Shown here: one piece after another, positions 38,101 through 51,316 of the stretch | Layout of the letters: each line of letters opens with the position of its first letter | Position numbering within the stretch: position 1 is the first letter of the stretch | Source of the DNA: Ascidiella aspersa | Lineage: Eukaryota | DNA: 64,000 nt | NCBI GenBank assembly: GCA_963924565.1 | Contig: OZ004607.1 | Span: 32,488,001-32,552,000, forward strand | Direction: 5' to 3' | Notes under the pieces: model-generated | Database searches by the model: none | What the model was told of the DNA's origin: nothing | What the model saw: the letters and a program-made list of their open reading frames with translations, nothing else | Made by a program: the position numbers and the translations under genes

Positions 38101-38667
38101 ACCTGCGTTAATTCGATGAAAAAAGTGATTGTAGCTTTTGTTTTAGCGTTTCAGATTCGGAGTAATTGTGGGAAACGAGATTTTCTTCATAGTGCTTCAC
38201 CTCCTTTACTTCACCGAAGGTCCATTAGGTAAGAGTCGCCATTTGTACATGCATAATGTTTATAAATGTACTGCCTGCGCTAAATTAATAGTTTGACGGC
38301 TGTGCCCCATTTTTGAGAATTAATGCGAAACATTGTTTTCTATAAACGTATATATTGTGTTAACTATTTAAAATCGTTGAATTTATGAAACTCTGTTTAA
38401 AACAGATTTGAGTAGGTCTGTATGATACTGGACTCATGTGAACTTAACAATACAGTTACCAAACCGAACCTTTAACAATACATTTACCAAACTAACCTTT
38501 TTTGTTCTTACTTCTGTTTAGTGATGGGAGTTGGCTTAGTAAGAGCTGCACTTTACCTATGTATTCCGAGTATGATTTCCAAGGTGATTATAAGCGCCAA
38601 TCAACTGATGTATGCGGTGAACCGCATTGCAACGTTTGACGCCAACGAACTCAATAAACAACAATAG
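35197..38667 (+). CDS. CDIPT: CDP-diacylglycerol--inositol 3-phosphatidyltransferase-like (PIS/CDIPT) paralog 1, 222 aa
   Basis: Exons 35197-35248, 35665-35798, 36635-36747, 36941-37082, 38147-38228, 38522-38667 (669 nt, open). CDP-alcohol phosphotransferase motif D-xx-DG-xx-AR-x8-G-xxx-D-xxx-D (LDVLDGTVARKFKQCSRLGAVLDLVTD); PIS-typical LFIPNIIGY, SHW, HK, YY, GNE, EGP. Confidence 0.93.
36124..36391. mobile_element. hAT-type MITE in CDIPT intron 2, shared by all paralogs (predates triplication)
   Basis: TAGTGTTTCTCAAC ... GCTGGGAAACACGG; equivalent copies at 43213-43459 and 52186-52571. Confidence 0.6.
37124..37654. mobile_element. MITE with GAACC subterminal repeats in intron 4 of paralog 1
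   Basis: TIR CAGGGAGTCGAACCG / CGGTTCGACTCCCTG (15 bp perfect); degenerate ATTTTAAA-like TSD; absent from paralogs 2 and 3. Confidence 0.8.
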
Positions 38668-39562
38668 TTACACATTACAGCAAGATTTATCAGCTCGTTC
38701 CAGGCTGTGTACCACCATTCCGATAGCTCACCAACAGAATTCGTAAAAGGCATATTCCGAGATGTACATCAAAAAAACCCGACTGCTGCCTAATCTATTA
38801 AGAAAAGAGCACAAGATGGATACTGTAGTCACCGTTCGTTCGGCAACGAAATGTAACAAGAAAATTTGTGGGCCTTATAATGGTCAGTTAGTATACGATG
38901 ACCATTCAGTTAAAGCCCTAGATTACGGTTATACGTTTAATATTCCAAACTTATTTAGGTAATTATGTATAAAGGTGTTTTCACAATATATCTATGCACT
39001 AAATGTTTAAATAAATTCGAAATGCTGATTTTAGCTATTTATGGCATCGAAGATGTGTTCAATATAACACAGTCGCGCTATTAGCTTTCGGCAAAGAGTG
39101 TTACTTTTAGCAATAAAAAATAAAACGCAACGCTTTTTTTTCTTAGCATTGGTCGCCCTTGATTGAGTCTTCGAAAGTATTGTTAAGACGCTGTTTTCTA
39201 TTTATTTTTAGATTGCCCTTTTTTTAAACTTGGAGGAACGATTTACCTATGCAGTTTATGTAATTAATTGCAGTTAAAATTCGGTATTGTTTTCATCTTG
39301 AAATGCATTGTTTATTTTTTTATACATTTTTCGTCTTCTTCAAGCTATACAACTGTCTTGTGCTATTTAAATGGTGTCAGTTTGCAGTAGATCGATAACA
39401 GGATATTTTTAAATACTTAGGCCTACTGAGTCGAGCATTTCGTTTTTGAGGTATTTTGTTTTGCAGTTAACGAAATATTATTTCTAGGATTATCAGAGGT
39501 ATAGTTGTTGTAAAATATTGTAATGTCCATCACGCCAACCTGTAAAACTCGCTGTTCGGCAG

Positions 39563-39978
39563 TACCGTTGCAATAACTTATGTCAATGACTTGACTTAAG
39601 TGAACTTTAGTTGTTTTCAAAATGACTTAACTTGGTTTAAGTCTTTAAGGCAAAATGACTGGACTTCCAACATCTTGGGGTTAAATTTAAGTGTTTTAAA
39701 TAACGGGTTATTTTTCTTTATTTTAGCACGTAAAACAATTTCCTTGCTATATATATTGCGTTTTTTTTTTTATTTTGTTGTTGAGATATTGCTAAGACAG
39801 CTCAATTCACGAATTTTAATGTAGTTTAACGTTTCATGTATATAACAAATACTTTACATGCTCTAATAATGACTTGACTAGTTGGACTTGACCCAGCCAA
39901 TTGGTGACTTGGACTGGGGCTTTACTTTTTATTGCAAATGACTTTACTTGGATTTCAAAGGACTTGTCTTCAACATTG
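39563..39978. mobile_element. MITE of the GACTT-repeat family
   Basis: Collinear with 9357-9736 (GACTTGACTT arrays, TTTTAGCACGTAAAACAATTT core, right end GACTTGTCTTCAACATTG). Confidence 0.65.
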
Positions 39979-40480
39979 GTCGCCATTAAATGTAAATGAA
40001 TTTAGCAATATTAAAAAAATGAATTTAGCAATAAATCAGGTCCATTTTTGGCCAAATGCCTACTGATAGCGACTTCCTTAATTTTTAACAATAGAAATAG
40101 AAACAAGGTCAAGCTGTAAGTATACTGTTTACTCTACAAGTTGTCGAATGATTTATCATAGTTAAATTCAAAGAAATAATGTGTACAGTTAGATGCCGTA
40201 TCTGTGCTAAATCAAGTTCTGGTGGATACCTTAACAAAACATTGCTACCAAACAAGTATTTATAATGAAGTGCAGCTATGTAAACAGAGCAATTGTGTCG
40301 TGCATATTAAAGTCTATTAAGAAGGCACCCGGTTCGATTTTTGCCAACGGTGCAAGGTAACTCGGATCAAATAAAGATTTTCTAACACGATTTTAAAAAC
40401 GTTAGGCAATTGCAGTGTATTACACTTTCGTTTTGACAACTGCATGGCAGATTTAAATTGAATAAAATTGCTTTCAACAT

Positions 40481-40595
40481 AAAATAGAAATTTCTCTAGA
40501 ATTTAAAATAAAATTTTCTCTAGAATTTAAAATAGAAATTTCTCTAGAATTTAAAATAGAAATTTCCCTAGAATTTGAAATAGAAATTTCTCTAA
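40481..40595 (+). repeat. Minisatellite, 24-bp unit x ~4.8
   Basis: AAAATAGAAATTTCTCTAGAATTT repeated head to tail without spacers. Confidence 0.9.
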
Positions 40596-42207
40596 ACGTA
40601 TAAGAACACATATTGAAGAAATGCAAAGAAAATTTTATCCACAACTGTTAAGAGCGAGCATCTGTATTTGTTATTAACGTGTTTGTTTTGCGTGCGCACT
40701 CGAAAAAAAATGTTCTGCTCATTTCCTTTTCCCGTTTACACTAACCCAGTTTGTCCAAAACACATTTCGCTTCTTGCGATGTTAATCTATCCGAATTCTA
40801 CTGCACGAGACAACGACATGCGCGCCTTACTGTAAGATGTTTCATTTAACGCGGAGCTGCGCTGAATTTTTCAAAATGTACAACACATCTATAAGCAACC
40901 TAACAGTATGCACTTTGAAGTGCAATGGCAGTTTGTTTAGTTTTGCTTAGCGGAGTTCAGATAGCACGGTGGTCATGTTTTCCTGTTGAAATTTACACAA
41001 ACTTTTTTAATATTCAAAATGCAAACTAAATTATTGGTCATAATTAATTTTATTTTGGTATTATGAACCCAAGACTGAAAGTTTCAATTGGTTTCGGTTC
41101 AACCCTTATCTTAGCCCATTTATAATACGTTTAATGCGTTTCGAATATAATTAAATGTGTAATATAAATGTGCTATGACATATAAATGCTCTGTATAATG
41201 TATAGAATAGATACGCTGTATAAGATTTATGGATATTGTCAGGTAAAGTCCGCGATATTTACGGAGTCGTACTTACAACACTTGTTTTACTTTTAATCTT
41301 AACTTTTCTACATGGGAATGCTTTAAAAGTCCTTTTCGGATTTATGAAACTAAAGAGACTTATTAGATCTTTATGGGCTGAATAATAGCAAAATATCTGA
41401 ATTTTAACTGATTTGTAGCGATTTATAAAATATTTAAAAGTATTTTGCAATTCACATGGATTTATTCAGATTTTTTTCGAAATCCATCAGATAATTTTAA
41501 TAGGGGTGGGATTTAATTGTTGTTTTCAAATCATAACGCATGCCTTAGTTTGTCATCAAAGGCTTTTCTAGGATGTTTCTTGGCACAAATATAGTCGCCT
41601 CTCTCTGCTGTTTTTTAGGCAAAGGAAAGTATGTGTAAAAAAGAGCTTAAAAATATGTATAAAAACACGCAAACCCGGAAAAAAATTGGTTTTGAGCTAA
41701 AAAAAATACCCTTGTTTGTATTTTTAGATTTTAGATTTAGAATATTACTTAGTGGCGCCAACATTCTGCAGATTTAGTAGAAAAATTGTTTCAAACTTAA
41801 AAAAAGAGCTAAATAGTAAGACAAAAACAAAGTGCCGGCCACCATCGAAATGGCCTCAAAAGCTGAATAAATCGGTTGTGCATGTCTAGAGTTGGGTAAC
41901 CTTTTTTGACTGGTGTGGCCGCTAGTGTTTTCTGCAATTTGGCTGAACGGCTTGCGATACAAAATGACTAAACACTCTGTCGTCAACAGTTGTCGTCTCG
42001 TGCAAGGCATTTGATTCATCCTAAAAGACGAAGCTCAACTGACCAACGTACTGTTTGAGCCCGGAAACTACATCAGTTCCAGTAGCCTATTTTTTACCGT
42101 TAATTCAATATTTTGTCTACCTAGAACGTATTGACAGACAGGGCCAGTGGTTTTCGGTTTTCGTGTGTGACCTAAAGAGAGTTTTTGTTTAATTTTACCG
42201 AAGGCGC

Positions 42208-45200
42208 ATGATGAAGTACACCACCCGAAACATACTGCTGTTTGTACCCAATATAATAGGTGAGTAGGCTTTTTTTTTTAGTTTGGTAATAAAATAATCT
42301 GCACAGAATGTGTAGTAAACGAAAAAAACGTGCTTTATTATTATTATAGAAACGTAAGGCACACAGCTTAGGAATATTTGTACTTTGGCCTGATAAAGCA
42401 GTTTGTGCGAAAGCTTGTTAAGATTTCCATACAATTTTTTTGTCAGGAGTGGCATCTGGGATTTCAAATTAGGCGAATACTGCTACCAGCAAAGAGCCTG
42501 TAAATAAAAACTCAGCAATTGTCCAATAAACGATACACACACATATGCGTGTTAACGACTGTGATCTAGCCCTTCTGAATCTGCTTTTTGACCAACGATT
42601 ACGGCTTACAAATAATTAGTACACTGAAAGCCATTGCAGACTAACCGCATCGGTCGATCAATGATACAAGCAATGTAGGCTAGAAAAACAACGAGCCTGC
42701 AATGGGGTTCCAACTCACGACCTCCGGCAATTTTCTGGAACGTCGATTTGTCTTCCACTTTTATGTTGTTGTTTCGATTCTGTAACATATACGAAAAATA
42801 TGACCACAAAAATAACGTGTATTAACATTTCATGTGGTTCATTACTTTTATCGATGCAAATGCAAAATGCTGTGTTTTTTAAAGCGATCGTCGAAATAAC
42901 GTTAACAAAATTTGTTTGCAGATTATGTTCGGATTGTCCTTATTCTGACGTCGTTTTGGTACGTTTCTGATTGCTACAAAACAGCCTCGATATGCTACTT
43001 TTTAAGTGTCGTTCTGGACGAGTTTGACGGAATGGCTGCAAGAAAATTTAAACAAGTAAACGATTTGATAATATAAATTAAACTTAACTTAATATATCTA
43101 TACGCTAAAATATCAGTAAATTTTCTGGTTGGACAATAAATTGTGCTCTACCGATAAGCAACATTAGAAGAACATATCTACTGTTCTTACGATTCGGATT
43201 GACCTAGAGAAACTGTGTTTCCAAACCTATGTCGTCCTTTACTTTGTCTCGTTCGCCAACTGCAATAGCTCACATGGTGAGATTTATCGAGATTGGATGT
43301 GGGCATTATTCCTCGAAAAGTTTAGAAAACACGAAGGAATTACGTAAAGATGGCTCATAATAATCGAATTTTTAATTTATTAATATACAAAAGTTCAGTG
43401 AAGAGGTTATGGTCGCCAAAACTTTGATGTTAACGCGAAAAACCAGCTGAGAAACACTGAAATACATCAGATGGTACTTAAATCAGTGTTGTATGTAATT
43501 ACAATCGACAGTTTTTCCTTGCTAGTTCGTTTTTAGCTTCGTCTATTGTTTAGGGTTTTCACTAACTCTTCCTAACAGAACAGTCTTCAAATTTATAATA
43601 AAAATATTATTGACTCCGGGCTAACCCAAGTGGTCTTATTTTGGTTCTAATTTTTTGCACGCAAAAATAAATCATTGTATTTTATTGTTTCAGTGCAGCA
43701 GAGTCGGCGCCGTACTAGACCTGGTTACGGACATGCTCGGAAATGCGGGCCTGTGTATGGCCCTGGCCCATATCTACCCACGCTACATGATTTTATTCCA
43801 AATAAGGTGGAAACATAACCGTATAGGCATGAAGTTACAGATAGAAAGTATTGCGTTCAAACTAAATGCGCCATGTAAAAATGATGCTTTTTAACCAATC
43901 AGTAAAATTGTTTTACTGCTTGTTGAACAAAGCGTGATTAGTTGATGACCAATTGTCTATCTGGCAATTTTCGACTTGATTTATATATTTTGTTAAGGGT
44001 GCTGATTGAAGTCGGAAGTCATTGGTTGTATATGCATTCCACACTGCTTTGTGGAATATACAGCCACAAAGATATGACCACAGTCAGCAACAACCTTTTA
44101 AATGCCTATTATACGACAATTGTAAGTCGAAAATTCAGCTACGTTGAATATAATTTTAAATGCATGATTTTATGATTTCTATTGGGTGTTGTGTGGATTT
44201 TGATCGAAACCGAATTTTAATCGATCTTGGCAGAAAGTTTCCAGGGGAATATAAATTGTAAGTGATGATTTGCGACTTTTGCTGTTTAATAAACGTGCTA
44301 CATTAGAATCCATAAAATCAGAATACAATTATTGGTATCAAAATATCATTAAATGTCACTATGTAAAGACTTTCGTACAATTTTTGCAATAACGTGAGAC
44401 TACATTTAAATTATAAAATAAGAATTTGAGTTAAACAAGCTGTTTATTTTATTGGGAATCGAAATTACTTTTTAGGATCCGAAGAAACGGGTAACCGGTC
44501 ACTACACCGCAATTATTTCAAATAATATAATTAAGCGATTGTAACTTTTGTTTTTAGCTTGGCAGTTATGTGCTAGTGTATGGAAACGAGATATTTTTCA
44601 TAATGCTTTACCTTCTTCACTTCACCGAAGGTCCATTAGGTAAGAGCCGTCATTTGTACGTCATGCATATTGTTTATAAGCATATTAGGTCTATATAATA
44701 GGACTCCAGCCATAAGACCGAAATAAGAACAACATCAACGTCGGAATAAAACGCAGTTCGGAATAAGACCAAAATACGACTATAATACCGTAGTATCGTA
44801 TAAATCGGAATAAGTCCTAGGCCCGTCAGACTATGACCTAAATGGTCAGAATCACGCCTGTACAACACTTTACATAACCCATAACCCTAAGTACATCACT
44901 AACTCCCCTAATAATTTCAACCCTAATCCATTTTGCAACCCCACTCAGTACCCACAAATAACCTTAAATATGGCTAAAATTTCAATGCCAAAACAGCAGA
45001 GTCCTAACGGCGCCGAGAAAACTATAGGCCGCCCAAACGTCGACACACAGACGGCCGATGCCAGACCGAAGGCCCCTGATCGTCCCATATCTTCTCGCTA
45101 CAATTACAGGCTTGATTTAGGCCGTTTAGACCTTATTTCGATGATTTTAATGCGTATTCCGACTTATTCTGTCGTGGATATTACTGCGTATATGGCTTTA

Positions 45201-46273
45201 TTATTTCGTTCGTCTTAATAGTATGGTTTTTATACATATTTCTGCTTTAGGTCAGGTTAAAAATAACCCGTCCAACTCCCGAGTACGTCTACTGCCAAAA
45301 AAATAAACCCGAGTCCGACTCCCGAATCCCGAGTCCGACTCCGGTCAAATGTGCGATTTCCTGATTCTACTCTACAGCCTGTATTCCGCCAATTTACGTA
45401 ACTAAAATAACGTGGACATTCAGTAATCCACTTCTAGGGGTGTCATATAGTTTATTAACTCACAATACATGGTTTTAATATATTCCACCATATGCTATAC
45501 TACCTTTATAATTTCCAGTTGGCGGCCATATCATTTTAAATTTGGTACTGTGCATGAGCATGTCAGACTCGAGACGCGAGTAGTTTAACGTGGTCTTACT
45601 CAAGTCCCGAGTCCGACTCCAGCAAAGCAAATCGAATACTCGAGTCCAATTTTTTTTTAAGGTGTTTTACCAAACCTTAAAAAAAAAACCTGCTAGAGTC
45701 CCGAGTCCGACACCGACACCGCAGCCCTGCTTTAGGTACCGTTGCTTTTTAGGTCATATTTGTGTTCCCCACTTGGCATCAGGTATATACATAATATCGG
45801 ACTTCCCCAGTAATAACTAGCAAGCAGCTTGTCCTTTACAAATGCCATGGCTAGCGTTGTTTCTAGCCCTAATTTTAGGGGCTTATGGTATTATTGTGTG
45901 TTCCCGTTTGGAATTTGTGCACCGACATTTGATTTTTAGAACGAAACACTTTGTTGTGCAAAAATATATTTTATTTCAATTAATTAAAATCATTGGATTT
46001 TTTAAAACTCTGCATAAAAAGAATTGAAGTATGCCTATATATAATAGTAGGCATATATGAAGTTAAACGTTGATAACTTTACATTACCCAACCGAGCATA
46101 AGCTTTTTTGTTCTTACTTCTTTTTAGTGATGGGAGTGGGCATCGTAAGAGCTGCACTTTACCTGTTTGTTCCTATTACGATTTCCAAGGTGATTGTAAG
46201 CGTCGTTCAACTGGTTTATGCTGTGAACCGCATTGCAACGTTTGACGCCAACGAACTCAATGCACAACAATAG
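42208..46273 (+). CDS. CDIPT: PIS/CDIPT-like paralog 2, 216 aa
   Basis: Exons 42208-42259, 42922-43055, 43694-43806, 43998-44121, 44558-44639, 46128-46273 (651 nt, open). Motif LDEFDGMAARKFKQCSRVGAVLDLVTD; NIIGY is changed to NIIDY across the exon1/2 junction; weak exon-3 donor GTGGAA. Confidence 0.92.
42525..42728 (-). mobile_element. tRNA-derived SINE-like element (5' truncated)
   Basis: Reverse complement reads GGAGGTCGTGAGTTGGAACCCCATTGCAGGCTCGTTGTTTTTCTAGC...GCCGTAATCGTTGGTCA..., homologous to 53005-53210 and 3372-3462. Confidence 0.65.
44701..45769. mobile_element. GG-ended MITE with imperfect long TIRs (paralog 2 intron 5), interrupted by a nested hAT MITE
   Basis: GGACTCCAGCCATAAGACCG ... 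GGTCATATTTGTGTTCCC; homologous to 56036-56395; central AACCC-rich tract. Confidence 0.6.
45253..45729 (-). mobile_element. hAT MITE (GAGTCG-repeat family), nested
   Basis: Right end CCGCAGCCCTG, left TIR partly deleted; perfect TSD CTTTAGGT (45245-45252, 45730-45737); single CTTTAGGT at the empty site in paralog 3 (~56355); inverted copy of 46989-47413. Confidence 0.85.
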
Positions 46274-46988
46274 CTATGCACTACTTATGTCGTTTTCGGC
46301 AGTTTACCGCCTTACCTTTTAAAATAGCTCTACGGATCTCCAGCAGAAATGAGCAAAATACATAATCAGATATGTGAATCCATTTTCTATCGCCGCTTAG
46401 CATCAAAAACTGTTTACAAGTAAAGTATGTGAACCACTTCGATAGGGCATAATGATCCCTTAAAGGTAGATGGACATTCAGTTATAAAACCCTTCATTAC
46501 GGTTATAAGTTTGACATTCCAGCCTTTTTTAAGTTAGTATGTATAAAGGTGTTTTCAAAAAATATCTATGCAGTATGTTTAAACAAATTGAAAATGTTAT
46601 TTTAGCTATTTATCTTATCAAGGATGTACTCAGTATAACACAGTCGCGCTATTATAGCTTTTAGCAAAGAGTGTTAATTTTACTAAAAAAATGAAGCCCT
46701 TTTTTGCAAGCATTGAAAAAACGCAACGCTTTTTGTTAGCATTCGTCGCGCATGGCTAAATTCTTCGAAAGCATTGTGTAAGACTTTGTTTGCCATGTAT
46801 TTTTCGATTGGCTTATTTTTTATAAAATAACTTGAAGAAATGCTTTATCCTATGCAATTGGTATAACTAATTTCAGTTGTAATTATTATGTATCGTTTTT
46901 TATCACGAAAATCATGCTTTCCTATACTTTATTTTAATACATTATTGTGCCTTCTTTAAGCTATACAACTATTTTCTGTTATTTAAAT

Positions 46989-47413
46989 CAGGGCTGCGGA
47001 GTCGGAGTCGGACTCGGGACTCGAGGAGTCGGTTTGTTTTTGCTGGAGTCGGACTCGGGACTCGGGACTCGAGTAAGACCTTGTAAAACTACCCGAGTCC
47101 CGAGTCCGACATGCACATACGCAGTACCGAATTTTAAAACTGACATGGCCGCCAAATGGAAATTGTAAAGGTGGAATATTATATGGCGGAATATTTTCCA
47201 TCCATGTATTGTGAGTGAATGAAGGACACCCCTATAAGTGGATTGCTGAATATCCACGTTATTTTAGTTAGGTAAATTGGTGAAATACAGGCTGTAGAGT
47301 CCGGGCCGGACTCGAGACTCGACAAAATCGCACATTTGACCGGAGTCGGACTCGGGTTTATTTTTTTGGCCGGAGTCGGACTCGGGTTATTTTTAACCGA
47401 CTCCGCAGCCCTG
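46989..47413 (+). mobile_element. hAT MITE (GAGTCG-repeat family)
   Basis: TIR CAGGGCTGCGGAGTCGG / CCGACTCCGCAGCCCTG (17 bp perfect); perfect TSD ATTTAAAT; empty site with a single ATTTAAAT in unit 1 (39365-39372). Confidence 0.92.
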
Positions 47414-47819
47414 ATTTAAATGGTGTCAATTCGCGGTAAATCGTTACCAGTATTTTTTTTTAGAAAATTATTCATTACCGGCTCAAACATTTCATTTTCG
47501 AGGTATTGTGCTCTGCGGTTAAAAAAACATTTGTTCCAAGATTAGAGAGTTAGAATAGTTTTGCAATGCCCAGTCGCATGTCATATTGAGTTTTGCAATT
47601 TAGATTGGCAAATGTTTAAAAGATTAGAGCCAGTCGCATGTCATATTGAATTTTCCAAGACACTCGCTGTTTGTCTTCAGAGGTAACATTGTTAAAAACC
47701 CACATTCACAACGCTATGTTGATGGAAAAGGCAACAGCAATCTTTCTTTTCTTATAGTGGACTTTCTTTTGTTATAGTGAAGTAGACTTAGAGATAATAG
47801 ACTAAAAATATATTACTTT

Positions 47820-47896
47820 TTTAATTTTTTCACGGCCCCCTTGAAAAAGGCTCATGGCAACCTAGGGGGCCATGGCCCACAGGTTGGGAACCCCTG
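47820..47896. mobile_element. Right end of a hAT-type MITE
   Basis: CACGGCCCCC...GGGGGCCATGGCCCACAGGTTGGGAACCCCTG. Confidence 0.5.
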
Positions 47897-49035
47897 CTTT
47901 AACGTAATCTGTTTCGCTGCAATCAAAGTGCCCCTTTGTCACTTATTAGCGCGAGACAGCCTTCACAACTCTTTCCTTTTAATCTATATTATGGCTATCG
48001 AAATTATAGTCCAAAAATCTGAACACAATGTTAAAGTTGTACTACACACTTATAATTGATCTTGTCCAATATTCGACTTTTGACATAACTTATACCAAGC
48101 CTTTGCGTTTTAAATGTTAATGGTAATGAAGATTGTAATGTTTCTTTGAAGTGTGTGTTTTGGCTAAAAGTGAAAATATTTTGCTCTGTACATTTATAAA
48201 ACATTTAGTGCATGTTTCACTTGTAAGATTGCGGCAAACTCGTTTAGTTCTTTTAAAACAAGAACACAGGCTTAACCCGTTAAATAGGTTCTGTTTCGTT
48301 AGGACTTGTTTATTACAGGGACTGATATTCACCAGGTTTCGTCGTTAAACATGTTGGTGAAACTACAAAAAAGTGGCATTATATTCAAAGACTAAATTCG
48401 TTTTATAATTGCGCATTATATTCTATCATTACAAGCTAAAAGACTGGCAGTTTTTGTGTAATTAATTTTTTCAGTTAAAATTCAAAATTTTAATTCTTTC
48501 TAATCCTTGTAAATATGTGTATTTTTATGGTAATGAAGCAATAAATAAACGTTGTTGTGTAATCGCAAGCGCGTAAAAGGTTCCGGTTCCGATTAACCGT
48601 AGCCCAATTTCTTTCGTTTAGTATGTTTTACTATTCATTACGTATATTCGTTTCACTGTGTGCATTGGAGGTCACCAGAACCACATCACTGCAGTTGTAC
48701 GTGACAATAAACAGAAATCAGATTGCGTTACGCGGTGTCTGTTTAGGGCGACCAGGCATCAGTTTCAAGATGATGCAGCCAACCAAAGATAATTTCACTT
48801 CGCAACAGAGCAGTACAAACTCCCCCAGACTGTAGCTGCGGTATAGACGTCAAACGCTTGTGCGGCCAACTGTGACTTAATGGATGAACGACGCTGGAAA
48901 AATGCACTTTTATTTAAAAATTAATTTTCCTAAAATCCCAGGACTGCAATTGACATATTATGCTGATATTACATCTGAAAAAAATAGTTTACATTTGAAA
49001 ATCTTTTTCCACTTATTGCCGTAATTAAACATTTC

Positions 49036-50164
49036 CAGTGGCGTATCCAGGTGGGTTGGGAGTTCGGACCACCCTTTTTTTCGTAATCGACATTACTATT
49101 GTGTCAGGGTGTAACTCACCGCCCAAAGTTGTGATGTTTTTAATGTAATTGGGTCACGCGTCTCCAGCTATTGCGAAACCAAAATCAAATGCAAAACGCC
49201 GATTTTCGTCTCTTGGTTGGTCGGCCGTAAACGCAAAATAGTTTTTTCTCTTTCGCCTTTCGTTATTCGCTCAGGTTGGTTAGCAAGGGTGTATTCGACA
49301 AACGACAACGCTAAGTCAAGCCTCTTCCCTTATTTATCTTGCTAGAAACGTCGAGTTGGTTCTTAACCTTTTTTACTTCATGGCTCATTTTCGCTTTACA
49401 AAAATTCTGTGGCCCAGTAAATTGTTATGAAAGAAAAAGGCTATAAAATAGGTTTAGTTTGCACTAACAGAAGCAGGGCATATTTCAAGAGTATTTATTT
49501 AACCGTGCATTAGTGAGATTTTTGCTGCTGACCTTAATCGATCAATTCATCTATTTTTGGAGGGGTTGAAGAGAGTGCACAACAAATGATTTGTATCCCA
49601 GAAGAAGCTATTTTGGAAATTTATCTATTTATACTTGCAATGTTAATACTATGTGTACTAATTATTTCTGCAGTGACACTATCACGAAAACAATAATGTG
49701 CCCGTTTCTTTGGATATCCTTTGACGCTTTTCAGCCTGTATATTCAGAAGTGTTCACTAGCCTCCTAGTTTCGCTTTCGCTTGGTTTTAAATCCCACATA
49801 AACCACTCGTGTTTTCCTTGCCACGCTTTTATCTTGAATGCCCTGCTTTACCGCAGTAAACATCACGCTAGTTTTTAGGCATAGTGACGTAAAACGAACA
49901 GTTAGTTGTAAACATCAAAAACAAGTTTAGGCCTAACGCGTATAGGAAGAATGTTAAGTACAACAGAAACTAATTTGTGACAGACACAAATGAAAATAAA
50001 TTCTTAAATAAATCTAGCTGTTTTATATTGGTCTATGGCCCATCTCAAATGATTTCATGGCCCACCAGTGGGCCATTATGCATTAACGTCAGATGTTAAA
50101 TAGGGTAATTCCCTAAGTTGAAAATTCGGGTCACCACCTTTTTTATATTCTGGATACGCCCCTG
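49036..50164. mobile_element. Non-autonomous DNA transposon with a nested hAT MITE (~49355-50078)
   Basis: TIR CAGTGGCGTATCCAG / CTGGATACGCCCCTG (14/15); no TSD recognised. Inner element GGTTCTTAACCTTTT...ATGGCCCACCAGTGGGCCAT. Confidence 0.55.
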
Positions 50165-51316
50165 TTTGTTGTAAAGGGCTGCGTTATATGCAATGTTGAA
50201 TTTTGTAAGTCTTATAGAATTGCGCAACGAATCCCTTCAAACGAACTAAGTCATACTAGGGCTACAAGGTTATTATACAATGTGAGCTTTTAATGTAGGA
50301 TACATAACATACCGTAGCCGCTACATACCGTACTACGTGTTTTTCAGAGTGACGTGATACATTTCAAAGAATTAGTTATATTATGGTTTGCCTAGTGCAT
50401 TAATAATAAAAGTAAAGTTACACAAATCTAAAGACATAATGAGCAGTTTTTAAAATTGCATATAACAGCCGATGGCAGGGAAGATGTTTAGGTTTTGGCT
50501 TTAAGTATTGGCATACTTGTGTCAGGCGCTTTAAAGCAGAATGTACAGCGGAATCTGTTTGGCTGCTTTAACAGTGCCCCTTCGTCGAGTATTAACGTGA
50601 GACAGTCTGTGTAACGGTTTCGTTTTAACCATATTCTTTTCAGGAAATATTGCTACCGCTAGGCAGGAGTACAGAATTAAAAGTAATTCTACGACGACGT
50701 CATATTTTGTTTGCAATTCGTTGTAAATCACCTCTGACGCATTACGTTTATGACCTATTGAGATTAGGCACTACTCAATGCCCAACATTAAGGTGGTTAT
50801 GCAATATAACAAAATGGTTGCGCTTAAGAGCAAAATATTTCATTGAATATTGGCGTCAACATCTGCGGTTTAGTTAAAAAAGTTGTTTAGGGCGTTTCGC
50901 AACAAAATAGTAAGGCGCAAAAGAGTGCCGGCCAACATCAAAATGGCCTCAAAAGCTGCATATTGCCTGTATTGGACGCGCATGTCTAAACTCGGGTAAC
51001 CTTTACGCTACTGATATGTCCGCTAGTGTTTTGTGCGGTATGCTGACTGGCCTGTGATACAGAATGACGAAATAGTCTAACGTCAACGGTTGTCATCTCA
51101 CACAAAGCGCTTGAATCATCGTAAAAGACGACGCGCAACTAAGCAACGCAATTTGAGCCCGGAAACTACATCAGTGTCAGTCGCCTATATTTTGCCTGCG
51201 TTCCGATAACGTTAAAATTAAATAAGTTGTTTTACCTAGAACGTTGTGAACAGACAGCGCCAGTGGTTTTCGGTTTTCGTGTCAGACCAAAAGTAATTGT
51301 TTTTTACAGAAGGCGC

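Noticed and set aside
40481-40595. 24-bp repeat array as CRISPR
   Set aside because: No unique spacers, no cas genes, eukaryotic context; it is a simple minisatellite.
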